64,000 bases of DNA. It comes from Bdellovibrionales bacterium (GTDB lineage Bacteria; Bdellovibrionota; Bdellovibrionia; Bdellovibrionales; UBA1609). The notes beneath the pieces were generated by a model. The model saw only the letters and a list, made by a program, of their open reading frames with translations. It did no database searches and was not told the origin of the DNA. The stretch lies in NCBI GenBank assembly GCA_027317865.1, contig DAHVQG010000006.1, positions 110,257-174,256 of the forward strand. The letters run 5' to 3'. This document shows, piece after piece, positions 22,942-32,669 of this stretch; position 1 is the first letter of the stretch; each line of letters begins with the position of its first letter. Both the position numbers and the translations under genes were made by a program.

Positions 22942-24428
22942 GGCGGGCACGCGAGTGCGCCGCTTGTGCAAAGAGACGCAATCGTTTGCGAGTCGGCACC
23001 AAACATGTTGGGTACGGGTTGCCCCCGCATTTGCGCGCGTACGGTTGGCGTGTTGAGTGCGCCACCGGTCGTCGCGCTCGTTGTTGTCGTTGCAGCCGTG
23101 CTGGCAAGTGATGTGCTGCCGGTTGTGGTGCTAGGCGTATTAATCAACTGATCCAAAGTCGTTGCTCCTCCCGAAGCGGTTGTAGTTCCGGCGTTGGCAA
23201 CCGGCTGGTTCTGCAGTGCCGTTGTACCCGCTTGATTGACGACTTTACCCTGCTCGAACGCTTGGCAAAGCGGATCGTTCGGATAGCTCCCGCACTGCGA
23301 CTGAAGTTCCGTGTTGGTCAGTGATGTCAAACAGTCTTGGGGATTCGGATTGCCATTACACGAAGTCGGGCGCGTGGCCAACCACTGGCATGCCGGGCTG
23401 CTCGCACTGTACGACGCACAATACGTTTGCGCAGTGCTTGCGATACAGTAACTCGCATTTGCAGTTGAGAGCGCACAGTAACTTTGTTGAAAAGTTCCGC
23501 AACCGGCACCGCCTTGATTTTCAGGTTTGCTACAATATTGCATCAGCACGGGCTGGCAAGCCGTAGTCATATAATTGTCAGACGTTTTACAGTCCGTCGT
23601 TGTACCATCGGGATTGTGGATGATCCCATTGGCGTAATCCGCCGCAATCTTCGCGCGCCGATTCGCATCGTTATGATGTTGAATGGCTTTGACGATGCCG
23701 ACTGTGGCGCCAACCGCAGCGACGCCGAGACCAACTTTGACTGCGGTCCAGCCTGTTTCGGCACTTGCAGCCTCGGTTCCGGTCACCGTTTCTAACGCCT
23801 TTGCCTCTGTTATAAAATCACGTTCAAGGACTTTGCAGTTTTGTGCAAGCATTTTGTTTGTTCCCGGCATGTTACAAGTCTTAGGATCCATACATATATC
23901 GCCGCTCGGTGGGACAAACTTTGTTGTAACAGCAGTGCTCAGGTTAGTCGCTAGGTTGTTGAAGCTCGACGAATAGTCCGCCATGTTTTTAAATGCCTCA
24001 ACATCGGAGATGGGAGTAAGCAGTGAGCCAAATTTGTTATTGGTCATTCCCTGATACTTTTGCTCGGCCGAACATAACTGCGAATTCATTATTGTGTTCA
24101 TTTGCGAAATCGTCGCATTGAGCGAATTCGCAGCCCCATCGACCATTGCTATGCATTCGTTCTGGGCTGTGACCGCCGCTGCATTCGATGGCACTGCCGC
24201 TGGTGGTGGCTTAGTAGCATTAAATGTATTTAATGCAGCCAAAGTGCCTGCGTTAGCGCCAGTGGCCTTTGCCGTATTAAAAGCAGTACAACTTAGAAAA
24301 CCGGTACCCGTCCCGGCACCCCACCCCTTCTGGCCGCTAAACAAAATTAGGCTCATGGTGAGTGGTGCAAGCGCGAGTGGCGCAAGAAATGTGCGGAATT
24401 GATCAAGATTTTCCGTAAGTTTTGCCAT
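22938..24428 (-). CDS. Cysteine-rich exported/membrane protein of unknown function
   Basis: RBS AGGGGGAG; hydrophobic N-terminus; internal Gly/Ala hydrophobic helix; Cys-repeat region; Thr-rich tail. Confidence 0.8.
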   Translation of the reverse strand: MAKLTENLDQFRTFLAPLALAPLTMSLILFSGQKGWGAGTGTGFLSCTAFNTAKATGANAGTLAALNTFNATKPPPAAVPSNAAAVTAQNECIAMVDGAANSLNATISQMNTIMNSQLCSAEQKYQGMTNNKFGSLLTPISDVEAFKNMADYSSSFNNLATNLSTAVTTKFVPPSGDICMDPKTCNMPGTNKMLAQNCKVLERDFITEAKALETVTGTEAASAETGWTAVKVGLGVAAVGATVGIVKAIQHHNDANRRAKIAADYANGIIHNPDGTTTDCKTSDNYMTTACQPVLMQYCSKPENQGGAGCGTFQQSYCALSTANASYCIASTAQTYCASYSASSPACQWLATRPTSCNGNPNPQDCLTSLTNTELQSQCGSYPNDPLCQAFEQGKVVNQAGTTALQNQPVANAGTTTASGGATTLDQLINTPSTTTGSTSLASTAATTTTSATTGGALNTPTVRAQMRGQPVPNMFGADSQTIASLCTSGALACPP

Positions 24429-24450
24429 GAACTCCCCCTGGTACAAATCT

Positions 24451-24478
24451 TTATCGGCACAAAAGACCCGCGACTTAA
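24451..24478 (-). promoter_or_regulatory. Sigma-28 (FliA)-type promoter for the Cys-rich gene
   Basis: Minus strand TTAAG-N15-GCCGATAA, 22 nt upstream of the ATG. Confidence 0.65.
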
Positions 24479-24545
24479 ATCGAGACTTTCAGCGCGCAAC
24501 GCGCGAACACGACAGTCGCGGTCAATGGCACTACTAGACTATAAG

Positions 24546-24561
24546 AGCAAATAAAATGCCA
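24546..24561 (-). promoter_or_regulatory. Sigma-54 -24/-12 promoter
   Basis: Minus strand TGGCAT-TTTAT-TTGCT (GG-N10-GC). Confidence 0.55.
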
Positions 24562-24721
24562 ATGCCGTCGACACTACGGTCAACCGCCGGAGCAAATCCG
24601 CGCGTAACCGAGCGCGCAAACAGCGACATTCTTTCAACAATCTCATTTTGATACGAAAAAAGTTTAGACGGTTGTCGCACGAGACTTTGACAAAACGGCA
24701 ATTTGAAAAGCGCGCTTAAGG

Positions 24722-24972
24722 CGACTGAGCAACCAGCCGCCCACGGGATCTCAACTCGGGTTTACCATAGTTGGATTAGCCCTATCAGCGTAAGGTGTTT
24801 CTAAAAAAATCCATTATGAACTTGAAAATTTCCAAAAGAAGCAGGGCAACTTTCAAAATACTCTCAAGTTCTTTTCTGAATTTCCGACCATACCCATAGG
24901 TGTTTGGCATATGGTCCTCCTTTCTCTCTTGCGAGTGTTAGGAGTCGAAAACCCGACTGGTCGCTCAGTCGG
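24722..24972 (-). ncRNA. Predicted structured transcript with 5'-3' long-range helix (type I toxin-like mRNA)
   Basis: 18-bp pairing of 24954-24971 with 24722-24739; SD-occluding hairpin; upstream sigma54 motif. Confidence 0.55.
24785..24910 (-). CDS. 41-aa basic/hydrophobic peptide, candidate type I toxin (not in ORF track)
   Basis: MPNTYGYGRKFRKELESILKVALLLLEIFKFIMDFFRNTLR; perfect SD AAAGGAGG (24916-24923) 5 nt before the ATG. Confidence 0.7.
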   Translation of the reverse strand: MPNTYGYGRKFRKELESILKVALLLLEIFKFIMDFFRNTLR

Positions 24973-24979
24973 GTTTTTT
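24948..24979 (+). terminator. Intrinsic terminator (possibly of an antisense RNA)
   Basis: AAAA-CCCGACTG-gtcgct-CAGTCGGG-TTTTTT; no plus-strand gene within 2 kb upstream. Confidence 0.7.
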
Positions 24980-24982
24980 GTT

Positions 24983-24998
24983 AGCAACCGGCGTTCCA
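24983..24998 (-). promoter_or_regulatory. Sigma-54 -24/-12 promoter for the peptide transcript
   Basis: Minus strand TGGAACG-CCGG-TTGCT; implies a start near 24972. Confidence 0.6.
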
Positions 24999-25148
24999 TG
25001 CCCAAATAAAATGTGACTTGAGCACAATAGAATTTCTATCCGTAACGTTCCGAAATTCGGAGCGATGAAATTGCGGTGAAAATCCGCAAATATGACAGGG
25101 GCAAAAGACGCGTAATGGCTCGACTTACTACTATAGAAATGGCATAAA

Positions 25149-25748
25149 ATGGGCATGATAAATTCAATAACTCACGATATGCAGCCCGACAAAAAAACCG
25201 TCACCACCAAAACCATAGCCACCGAAATTCTACTTTGGTTTTTGGGTATCGCATTTGTATCGATTCTAGCACAAGTCGTGATTCCGTTACCGTGGACTCC
25301 GGTACCAATCACCGGCCAAACTTTCGGCGTCGCGCTGATGGCGCTACTATTCGGACGCAATCGCGCGTTTTCTGTCATGGGCACATATCTTCTCATCGGA
25401 GCTTTAGGCGCTCCGGTTTTTTCAGCCGGAACATCGGGGCTTCTAATGGGCCCAACGGTTGGCTATTTGTTTGGCATGTCGCTCGGCGCTTTGGTCATCG
25501 GTGAACTCGCCAATCGCGGCGCATGTAAATCATGGCTGACGGCATTTTTTGCCGCCGCCTGCGGCAGTGTTATTACCTTCACTCTGGGAGTAATCGTACT
25601 GGGTCATTTTATCGGTGGTCACACGACAGGCGCGGGTAACGCGGCCGGTTTGCTTATTATGGGAGTTCTTCCATTTCTACCAGGAGATTTTTTGAAGAAC
25701 GCGCTTGCGGCCGCTATTGCCGTGCAGGCGCATAAACGCGTTCGGTGA
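25149..25748 (+). CDS. bioY: Biotin transporter BioY
   Basis: PVPITGQTFGV, GAPVFS, GPTVGYL and PFLPGDFLK motifs. Confidence 0.93.
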   Translation: MGMINSITHDMQPDKKTVTTKTIATEILLWFLGIAFVSILAQVVIPLPWTPVPITGQTFGVALMALLFGRNRAFSVMGTYLLIGALGAPVFSAGTSGLLMGPTVGYLFGMSLGALVIGELANRGACKSWLTAFFAAACGSVITFTLGVIVLGHFIGGHTTGAGNAAGLLIMGVLPFLPGDFLKNALAAAIAVQAHKRVR

Positions 25749-26226
25749 GCGCAAACACGCCGAAAGCCACTGCTACTGTTGCTACTGTTGAAACGACGAG
25801 GTTCGGAAAAAACGGCAACGCCATTGCATAACATTCCACAAGACCGGCCATTGTTTTCACGTACATCCCGCTCCAGAGCCAAACGCCAAGGTTGCTGGCG
25901 AGAAAAAATAAAATTGCCGACAATAGTCCCGAGAGTAAAAGATTGCTGACGCGACGGCGGCGAATGAGCCAACCGGCGCCAAACGCAAGCGCATAACCTA
26001 AATAGACAAGTGAAATGCCGCTGTAAAAACCAATGGCGAAATCGCTCGCCACCAAAAGTATCAACATTACAGCTAACAGTAATGGGTTACGACGGCTCAT
26101 AAAACCAACAAAAACCGCAATCCCGAGGAGGGGCGTAAAATCTACTGCGTGCGGTAAAAATCGCGAACCGACTCCCGCAACGATCATCGCAAGCACCGAA
26201 ATGAGCTCCCATTTTTTGAGTTGCAT
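25714..26226 (-). CDS. Putative ECF-type S component / DUF6580-like membrane protein
   Basis: RFLPHAVDFTP, SNLGVW and CYAMALPF motifs; multiple TM helices. Confidence 0.65.
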   Translation of the reverse strand: MQLKKWELISVLAMIVAGVGSRFLPHAVDFTPLLGIAVFVGFMSRRNPLLLAVMLILLVASDFAIGFYSGISLVYLGYALAFGAGWLIRRRRVSNLLLSGLLSAILFFLASNLGVWLWSGMYVKTMAGLVECYAMALPFFPNLVVSTVATVAVAFGVFALTERVYAPARQ

Positions 26227-26312
26227 TGTAACCCTCCAAGCGCAATAGTGACACGCGCAATATCACTGCACGATTTTAGCGCGATATTAGCGCACGATTT
26301 CGAGGAGCGCAA

Positions 26313-27092
26313 ATGAAACACAAAATCGTATTTGTTCGCCATGGTGAAAGCACCTGGAATCAAGAAAATCGCTTTACCGGGTGGACGGACGTCGATCTTT
26401 CTGAAAAAGGCGTCGAAGAGGCGCATTCAGCCGCTCGCCTCATTAAAGAAGCGAAGTTCGAATTTGATTGTGTCTTTACCTCGGTTTTGAAGCGCGCAAT
26501 CCGCACCATGTGGTTCATTCTCGATGAAACCGATCAAATGTGGCTGCCCGTAACACGCGCCTGGCAACTCAACGAACGACATTACGGAGCGCTTCAAGGC
26601 TTAAACAAATCCGAAACTGCGGCAAAATATGGCGACGAGCAAGTGTTCACTTGGCGGCGAAGTTACGACATCCCGCCTGAAAAACTGAAGCGTTCGGACC
26701 CGCGCCATCCGAGTCACGACCGCCGCTACAACAGTTTAAAAAAATCTGAATTGCCTGACACCGAATCACTCAAAACTTGCCAAGCTCGCGTGCTGCCGTT
26801 TTGGCGATCGAAAATTGTGCCGGCAATAAAAAGAAATCAGCGCGTGCTCATCGTCGCCCACGGCAATTCGTTGCGCGCACTTATTAAACATCTTGACGGA
26901 ATTTCAGACGAAGAAATTAGCCAGCTTAACATCCCGACAGGAATTCCACTTGTTTATGAACTCAACGATAAGATGAAACCCATTCGTCATTATTATTTGG
27001 GCGACCAAAATGCAGTAGCCGAAGCCGCAGCTAAAGTTGCCGGTCAAGCGAAGGCGCAAACAAATGTCGCGCCCTCACAAAACACGCATTAA
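26313..27092 (+). CDS. gpmA: 2,3-BPG-dependent phosphoglycerate mutase
   Basis: [25 protein letters not shown] and AHGNSLR motifs. Confidence 0.97.
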   Translation: MKHKIVFVRHGESTWNQENRFTGWTDVDLSEKGVEEAHSAARLIKEAKFEFDCVFTSVLKRAIRTMWFILDETDQMWLPVTRAWQLNERHYGALQGLNKSETAAKYGDEQVFTWRRSYDIPPEKLKRSDPRHPSHDRRYNSLKKSELPDTESLKTCQARVLPFWRSKIVPAIKRNQRVLIVAHGNSLRALIKHLDGISDEEISQLNIPTGIPLVYELNDKMKPIRHYYLGDQNAVAEAAAKVAGQAKAQTNVAPSQNTH

Positions 27093-27101
27093 CCGTTAGT
27101 A

Positions 27102-27704
27102 TCAGTTCTGCGCGGTTTCGGATTTATGCTTCATCTTCCACTTGGCGGCATTGAGCGCGGTGTCGCAAACGTCTAGCTGCGTGGTCAATTCATGTTCGCG
27201 ATGTTTTAATATTGCGTAATCCTGTCTAAAACGCGCAATGCGGTTTTTTAAATATTCCGTCTTAATGCCTATGATTTGATTCCGGTTATCTAAACCGACA
27301 ATAAAATCTTTGCTGGAGTGAACAACGCGATCCATTGGTTCGGTCCACATCAGATGGCCATTACCGCCGTAGGCAGGGCTAACAAGTGCCGCCCGGCATT
27401 TTACAAGCGCACCGTAAATACCTTCAGAATGGTAATCTTCATCCCCGTACACGCGATCTTGTAAAGCATAGACTTTATTTTGCAAATCGCGGAGTTGCTC
27501 GCTCATAAGAACTTTCTTCTGCACAACGAGATCCCCATTTTTCACGCCCAACTCTTCGTTTCCGGTTATGGGCTCGGCATATTTTAAATTGGAACTAATT
27601 TTATGGGCTTTGTATTGGTCATGGGCGCAACCCGCCAAAACGAGTCCAGTCGTCATTAGGCCAGCTAAAAATAGCTTCGCGGTCAGTTGTCGATTTACAT
27701 ACAT
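27102..27704 (-). CDS. Hypothetical lipoprotein
   Basis: LAGC lipobox; GGAGG RBS; coiled-coil character. Confidence 0.75.
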   Translation of the reverse strand: MYVNRQLTAKLFLAGLMTTGLVLAGCAHDQYKAHKISSNLKYAEPITGNEELGVKNGDLVVQKKVLMSEQLRDLQNKVYALQDRVYGDEDYHSEGIYGALVKCRAALVSPAYGGNGHLMWTEPMDRVVHSSKDFIVGLDNRNQIIGIKTEYLKNRIARFRQDYAILKHREHELTTQLDVCDTALNAAKWKMKHKSETAQN

Positions 27705-27826
27705 CGTCAGCCTCCAATTGGTTGAAGCCACATTATCTAAAACTCGGCGCGGCAGTGCTATTCATAATCTTAAGCGTCATGTTACCGTCTACTCATTAGC
27801 CAAATGCTTGCTGCGGGAGTTTCACG

Positions 27827-29530
27827 ATGTCTGAGATCGATAATAAAACGACCCTGAACGACGCAAATAGTAAAGCTGTAAAACCGTGGCTAAAGCATTA
27901 CCCAAAAGGTGTGCCAACTGAAATTGATTTGAGCCGCTATAAGTCCATTATTGACTTATTCGAAGAAAGCACCGAGCGCTACGTCGACAACGTTGCTTTT
28001 AAATGCATGGGCACCACGCTGACCTATGACGAGCTTTCAGAGATGTCGCGCGATTTTGCCGCTTTTCTGCGCAATCGTGGCCTAGAAAAAGGCGATCGCA
28101 TCGCCATTCAAATGCCTAATGTTCTACAATATCCCATTGCGCTATTCGGCGCCCTGCAAGCGGGTTTGGTCGTGGTGAATACGAATCCGCTTTACACACC
28201 CCGAGAAATGAAACATCAATTTCGCGATTCCGGAGCCAAAGCCGTCGTTATACTCGCGAACTTTGCCCATAACTTACAAGACGTGCTCCCCGAGACGGAT
28301 ATCGAACTTGTCGTCGTGACCGAAGTTGGTGATATGCTCGGGTTCCCGAAAAGTTTTATTGTCAACACGGTCGCAAAACACGTTAAAAAAATGGTTCCGA
28401 AGTACGACATACCGAACGCCGTCGGCTTTTACGAGGCCCTCGACGAAGGCGCATTTTACGACTTGCCGAATCCGCTTCTCACGCCAAATGATATCGCGTT
28501 TCTTCAATACACAGGCGGAACTACCGGGGTCGCAAAAGGCGCCATGATTACCCACGGCAACATGATCGCCAACATGTTACAAATCAGCGAGTGGATGGCC
28601 CCTCGGCTTAGAGCCGGCGAAGAAACAATAGTTACGGCGCTTCCGCTTTATCATATTTTTTCACTAACGGTGAATTGCTTTTCATTTATGCATCGTGGAG
28701 CAACGAATTTGCTCATCACAAATCCACGCGACATCCCGGGATTTATAAAAACCCTGCGCAAAGAACACTATACCGTCATGAGCGGAGTCAATACCCTATT
28801 CAACGCGCTCATGAACCATCCGGATTTTGTGCATCTTGATTTTTCTGCGCTGAAAATTTCAGTCGCAGGCGGGATGGCTTTACAAAACGCCGTTGCCGAC
28901 CGCTGGAAGAAACTCACAGGCACACCAGTTATCGAAGGTTACGGTTTAACTGAAGCGTCGCCGGTCATTTCGTGTAACCCTATCGACGGCACAGATCGTA
29001 CCGGTACAATTGGCATTCCCGTACCCTCCACCGACGTTAAACTGATTGATGAGAACGGCGCCCCAGTTGCGGTAGGTAACCCGGGCGAACTGTGCGCAAA
29101 AGGTCCGCAGGTGATGCAAGGTTACTGGAATCGCCCCGATGAAACAGCAAAAATTCTTGGGCCTGACGGTTGGCTTCGGACTGGCGATGTCGCGGTAATG
29201 GAGCCTGACGGTTTTTTCAAAATCGTTGATCGAAAAAAGGACATGATTCTCGTTTCAGGATTTAATGTTTACCCAAATGAAATTGAAGACGTGGTGGCAA
29301 AGATTCAGTCGATCAGTGAGGTCGCCGCGGTCGGTGTGCCCGATCAACACTCAGGCGAAGTCGTTAAAATCTTCGTTGTAAAAAAGGCGCCGGTATCCGA
29401 GTCTGAGATCATCGAATATTGCCGAAAAAATTTGGTCGCGTATAAAGTACCAAAATATATTGAATTTAGAAGCGAATTGCCCAAATCGAATGTCGGTAAA
29501 ATTTTAAGACGCGCATTGCGCGAAGGTTAA
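27827..29530 (+). CDS. fadD: Long-chain fatty acid-CoA ligase
   Basis: YTGGTTGVAKG, EGYGLTE and SGFNVYPNEIE motifs. Confidence 0.93.
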   Translation: MSEIDNKTTLNDANSKAVKPWLKHYPKGVPTEIDLSRYKSIIDLFEESTERYVDNVAFKCMGTTLTYDELSEMSRDFAAFLRNRGLEKGDRIAIQMPNVLQYPIALFGALQAGLVVVNTNPLYTPREMKHQFRDSGAKAVVILANFAHNLQDVLPETDIELVVVTEVGDMLGFPKSFIVNTVAKHVKKMVPKYDIPNAVGFYEALDEGAFYDLPNPLLTPNDIAFLQYTGGTTGVAKGAMITHGNMIANMLQISEWMAPRLRAGEETIVTALPLYHIFSLTVNCFSFMHRGATNLLITNPRDIPGFIKTLRKEHYTVMSGVNTLFNALMNHPDFVHLDFSALKISVAGGMALQNAVADRWKKLTGTPVIEGYGLTEASPVISCNPIDGTDRTGTIGIPVPSTDVKLIDENGAPVAVGNPGELCAKGPQVMQGYWNRPDETAKILGPDGWLRTGDVAVMEPDGFFKIVDRKKDMILVSGFNVYPNEIEDVVAKIQSISEVAAVGVPDQHSGEVVKIFVVKKAPVSESEIIEYCRKNLVAYKVPKYIEFRSELPKSNVGKILRRALREG

Positions 29531-29533
29531 ATA

Positions 29534-30967
29534 ATGGCGGATCGGCAAATCGATACAGAGTCGAGAAGCGAACAAACCACTCGCAACAAGGCGCTCGCGA
29601 TAAACAAATCCGCTAATTTTTACGGAACATTTGCCGAGATCGGAGCGGGACAAGAAGTCGCGCGACATTTTTTCCAAGCGGGTCTTGCATCACAAACAAT
29701 TGCAAAATCGATGTCAGCCTACGACAAATCGTTCAGCGACTCGATTTACGGTAAAGGCAGCCGGTTTGTGAGCGAAGAACGACTTCTAAAAATGCTGTCG
29801 CATGAATATGAACTGCTTGAAGAACGTTTGCCTGAACGGTGTGACAACACTTGTTTTTTTGTTTTTGCAAACACCGTCGCAACATCATCTCATGAAGAAC
29901 AGCCGAAATGTCACGGCTGGATGGGCATTCGATTTCAAGAGCGCCCAGGCGGCCCCACAAACGACATCGTTTTACATGTACACATGCGCGATCGACTGCG
30001 CCTGCAACAACAAGAAGCACTCGGTATTTTGGGAGTGAATTTAATCTACGCTGTCCGGCACTTCATTGCCACAGCAGGAACGGAGCTCGTTAGTTCTCTT
30101 CTCGATAATCTCAGCACCGATCGGATTGAAATAAATTTTATTCGGTTCAGCGGCCCCGATGTTGAACACATCGACAACCGCCTTATGTGTTTGGAGCTAG
30201 TCCGGCAAGATCTGACGCGTATGACGCTTTTTAGTCCAAAAGGCGACGTTCTCGCAATGGAAGACGCACTTTACAAAAAGCCCGTGCTGATTCAGCGCGG
30301 AACGTTTCGCCCCGTGACGCTCACAAATGAAAAAATACTTAAAAACGGTCTTACGCAAGTCGAACGCGATTTTCAAGTCAACCGTCGCGATCTCGTTGTC
30401 ATGATGGAGCTCACGATGTCGCAATTGCAGCGTGGTGACGCCAACGCAAATGCCGTCGACAAAAAAGATTTTCTCGACCGCGTGGACACTTTGTGCGCAC
30501 TCGGACATCATGTGTTGATTTCGAATTTTCCGTTGTTTGCGCAACTTCATCGAGAAATGCGGCGGCTCACAGATAATATCATTGGCCTGGTGATCGGCGC
30601 GATCACGCTTGACGGTCTTTTTGACGAGCATTACTACGCAAATTACTCCGGCGGAATTCTCGCCGCATTCGGCGATCTCTTTGACGATAAAACGCGCATG
30701 TTTATTTATCCGTATAAAACGGAAGATACTTGCTTAACAGCCGCCACATTTGTACCCAAACCGCATCTCGTGCACTTGTACCAACATCTCGTTGAAAATC
30801 ACCTGATCGCGGATATGCAAAATTGCGACGAAGTGGATACAAGCCTGCAATCTGAAGTTGTGCGAAAATTATTGTCGGCGGGTAACCCGAAGTGGGAAGA
30901 ACTGGTCCCGTCTGAAGTCCGGGATTTAATCAAAAAGCGCAAACTTTTTGGCTACACTGGCCGATAA
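29534..30967 (+). CDS. Conserved protein with degenerate nucleotidyltransferase-like C-terminal domain
   Basis: YGTFAEIGAGQEVAR, SMSAYD and RGTFRPVT motifs; C-terminal WEELVP.EV..LIK..KLFGY resembles NadD. Confidence 0.6.
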   Translation: MADRQIDTESRSEQTTRNKALAINKSANFYGTFAEIGAGQEVARHFFQAGLASQTIAKSMSAYDKSFSDSIYGKGSRFVSEERLLKMLSHEYELLEERLPERCDNTCFFVFANTVATSSHEEQPKCHGWMGIRFQERPGGPTNDIVLHVHMRDRLRLQQQEALGILGVNLIYAVRHFIATAGTELVSSLLDNLSTDRIEINFIRFSGPDVEHIDNRLMCLELVRQDLTRMTLFSPKGDVLAMEDALYKKPVLIQRGTFRPVTLTNEKILKNGLTQVERDFQVNRRDLVVMMELTMSQLQRGDANANAVDKKDFLDRVDTLCALGHHVLISNFPLFAQLHREMRRLTDNIIGLVIGAITLDGLFDEHYYANYSGGILAAFGDLFDDKTRMFIYPYKTEDTCLTAATFVPKPHLVHLYQHLVENHLIADMQNCDEVDTSLQSEVVRKLLSAGNPKWEELVPSEVRDLIKKRKLFGYTGR

Positions 30968-30974
30968 ATGCGAC

Positions 30975-32636
30975 ATGAAACGTTACTATATTCTCGCAGC
31001 AATATCAGCGCTGTTTGCGTTGAACTGTTTTTTGTTGAATGCGCCGGCTTTTGGTCGAGTGTTGAACGACGGAAGTTCGAACCTCACTTCAGCTCTTTGT
31101 CTTGTTAAAAGAGCCGTACCTGTTGAAATCGAAAACCCGAACCTGACTGCCGCTCAACATTATATATCGAATGGCGTTGAATATCCGGGTACTGTCGTAA
31201 CTTGTTCGCGCGACAACTTCACCGAAAGCCCTGGGTACCTCAAAGTTAAAGGTTTTGATACTCCCGGCGGTTTTGCTTTGATCAAAGTCACCCCCAATAC
31301 CGAGTCTCAATATTTGCAGCCAGTAAATGACATCTCGACTCATCACTTTGGCCAACCTATAGAAGTTTATTCCGGATATCGAAATGTCGTCTTTCACGTT
31401 TATAAATCTCCCGGGCTCATTGATACCAAAAACTACAAAAATTGCCGAAACCACCCTGCCGGATCGGTCGCATGCTTAAGTGCGGGTTACACCAAACGCC
31501 ATAAACCTGAAATTTCAATGGGCCGCACGCCAGTAAAGCTGTTTACGCGTGGGGGCGTTCAAGACTCCTGCCTTCATAGTCGCGAGCTTAATCAAAACCA
31601 CGGCGAATGGTTTAACCACGTTGATGTGGTTCCGCTTGCGCGTCTGCCTCAATATTTACACGGGGACAGGCACGGTATCATTTCCGGTTATCTCGATTCG
31701 TACGAACTCAGTCCGACGCCGCTGGCCTACCGGCCAAGATTTCGCGCCAAGTCCACAAGTGCAACTGCAGCAACTATTACTTGTTGCCAGACGGATCGCA
31801 CACCCGCTTCTGATTTTTTCAGCGGTTCCATTCAGCGGGTAGAAAAATTGGCCAAGAATTATTTTGGTAATGGAAGTCATTCGAAAATTTTGAATATCGA
31901 AGCCTATTTTGAACAACACCATTGTTCGGATATCAAATGGTGGCAACTCAGCAGCCGCAACCCTGTGAAGAGTTTCGAAAGCCGGTACCTCGGTGAATTA
32001 CTTGCCATCGCAAAACGTCGACCCAAATATAATTATATTTCGGTAGCGGATATAAAACGAAAACCTGATAGCGTACCAAGTCCGTTACCCACCAAACCTA
32101 ACAAACTTACAGAAATTCGCGTTATCGCCCAAACACTTTATGGTGAAGCGAGCAGTTGTTATCATGTGAATACCGCAAAAACGGATTCCCAAAACTATTA
32201 TGCAATTGCGCGGATGATTTTAGACAGCTACACCACCTGCAAGACAGAACGCGAACCGTATTGCGGATTTACTGGAACCGGCAAAAACAGACAAGTGGTC
32301 GATAACAACATAACGAGCGTGATTACATGTGATCGGTACCATACGTGGTGCCTCAGTAACCCTTTGGAACGGAAAAACTTTGAACGAACGCTCTGCGTTT
32401 CGTCTAAAAGGGCACCTGATATGCCGGCGTGGAATGCCGCCGTTCAAGTGGCAACGGAAATGATCGAGCATCGGGCTCAATTTTTAAAAGACTCCGCTAA
32501 ATACAGTCATCGCTATTTTTACTATGCTCCGGATTCGCCGTTCCCCCGATTTTGCAACCACAACATCGGGCCCCGAGTCGGAGACGGCCGATGCGTCCAA
32601 TATTGTACGCCGGACCGGCTCCCGTCTTCGACTTGA
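30975..32636 (+). CDS. Secreted protein with possible C-terminal SleB/Hydrolase_2-like cell-wall hydrolase domain
   Basis: Signal peptide; IAQTLYGEAS motif. Confidence 0.55.
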   Translation: MKRYYILAAISALFALNCFLLNAPAFGRVLNDGSSNLTSALCLVKRAVPVEIENPNLTAAQHYISNGVEYPGTVVTCSRDNFTESPGYLKVKGFDTPGGFALIKVTPNTESQYLQPVNDISTHHFGQPIEVYSGYRNVVFHVYKSPGLIDTKNYKNCRNHPAGSVACLSAGYTKRHKPEISMGRTPVKLFTRGGVQDSCLHSRELNQNHGEWFNHVDVVPLARLPQYLHGDRHGIISGYLDSYELSPTPLAYRPRFRAKSTSATAATITCCQTDRTPASDFFSGSIQRVEKLAKNYFGNGSHSKILNIEAYFEQHHCSDIKWWQLSSRNPVKSFESRYLGELLAIAKRRPKYNYISVADIKRKPDSVPSPLPTKPNKLTEIRVIAQTLYGEASSCYHVNTAKTDSQNYYAIARMILDSYTTCKTEREPYCGFTGTGKNRQVVDNNITSVITCDRYHTWCLSNPLERKNFERTLCVSSKRAPDMPAWNAAVQVATEMIEHRAQFLKDSAKYSHRYFYYAPDSPFPRFCNHNIGPRVGDGRCVQYCTPDRLPSST

Positions 32637-32669
32637 TGACTGAAGATCAAACGAGCGCGCGGGGAAATT

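Noticed and set aside
24722-24972. 6S RNA or tmRNA
   Set aside because: No tRNA-like ends, and it contains an ORF with its own perfect SD; pairing is terminal rather than rod-like throughout.
24965-25156. 63-aa minus-strand ORF from the track
   Set aside because: No RBS; it overlaps the bioY start, the sigma54 motif and the hairpin.
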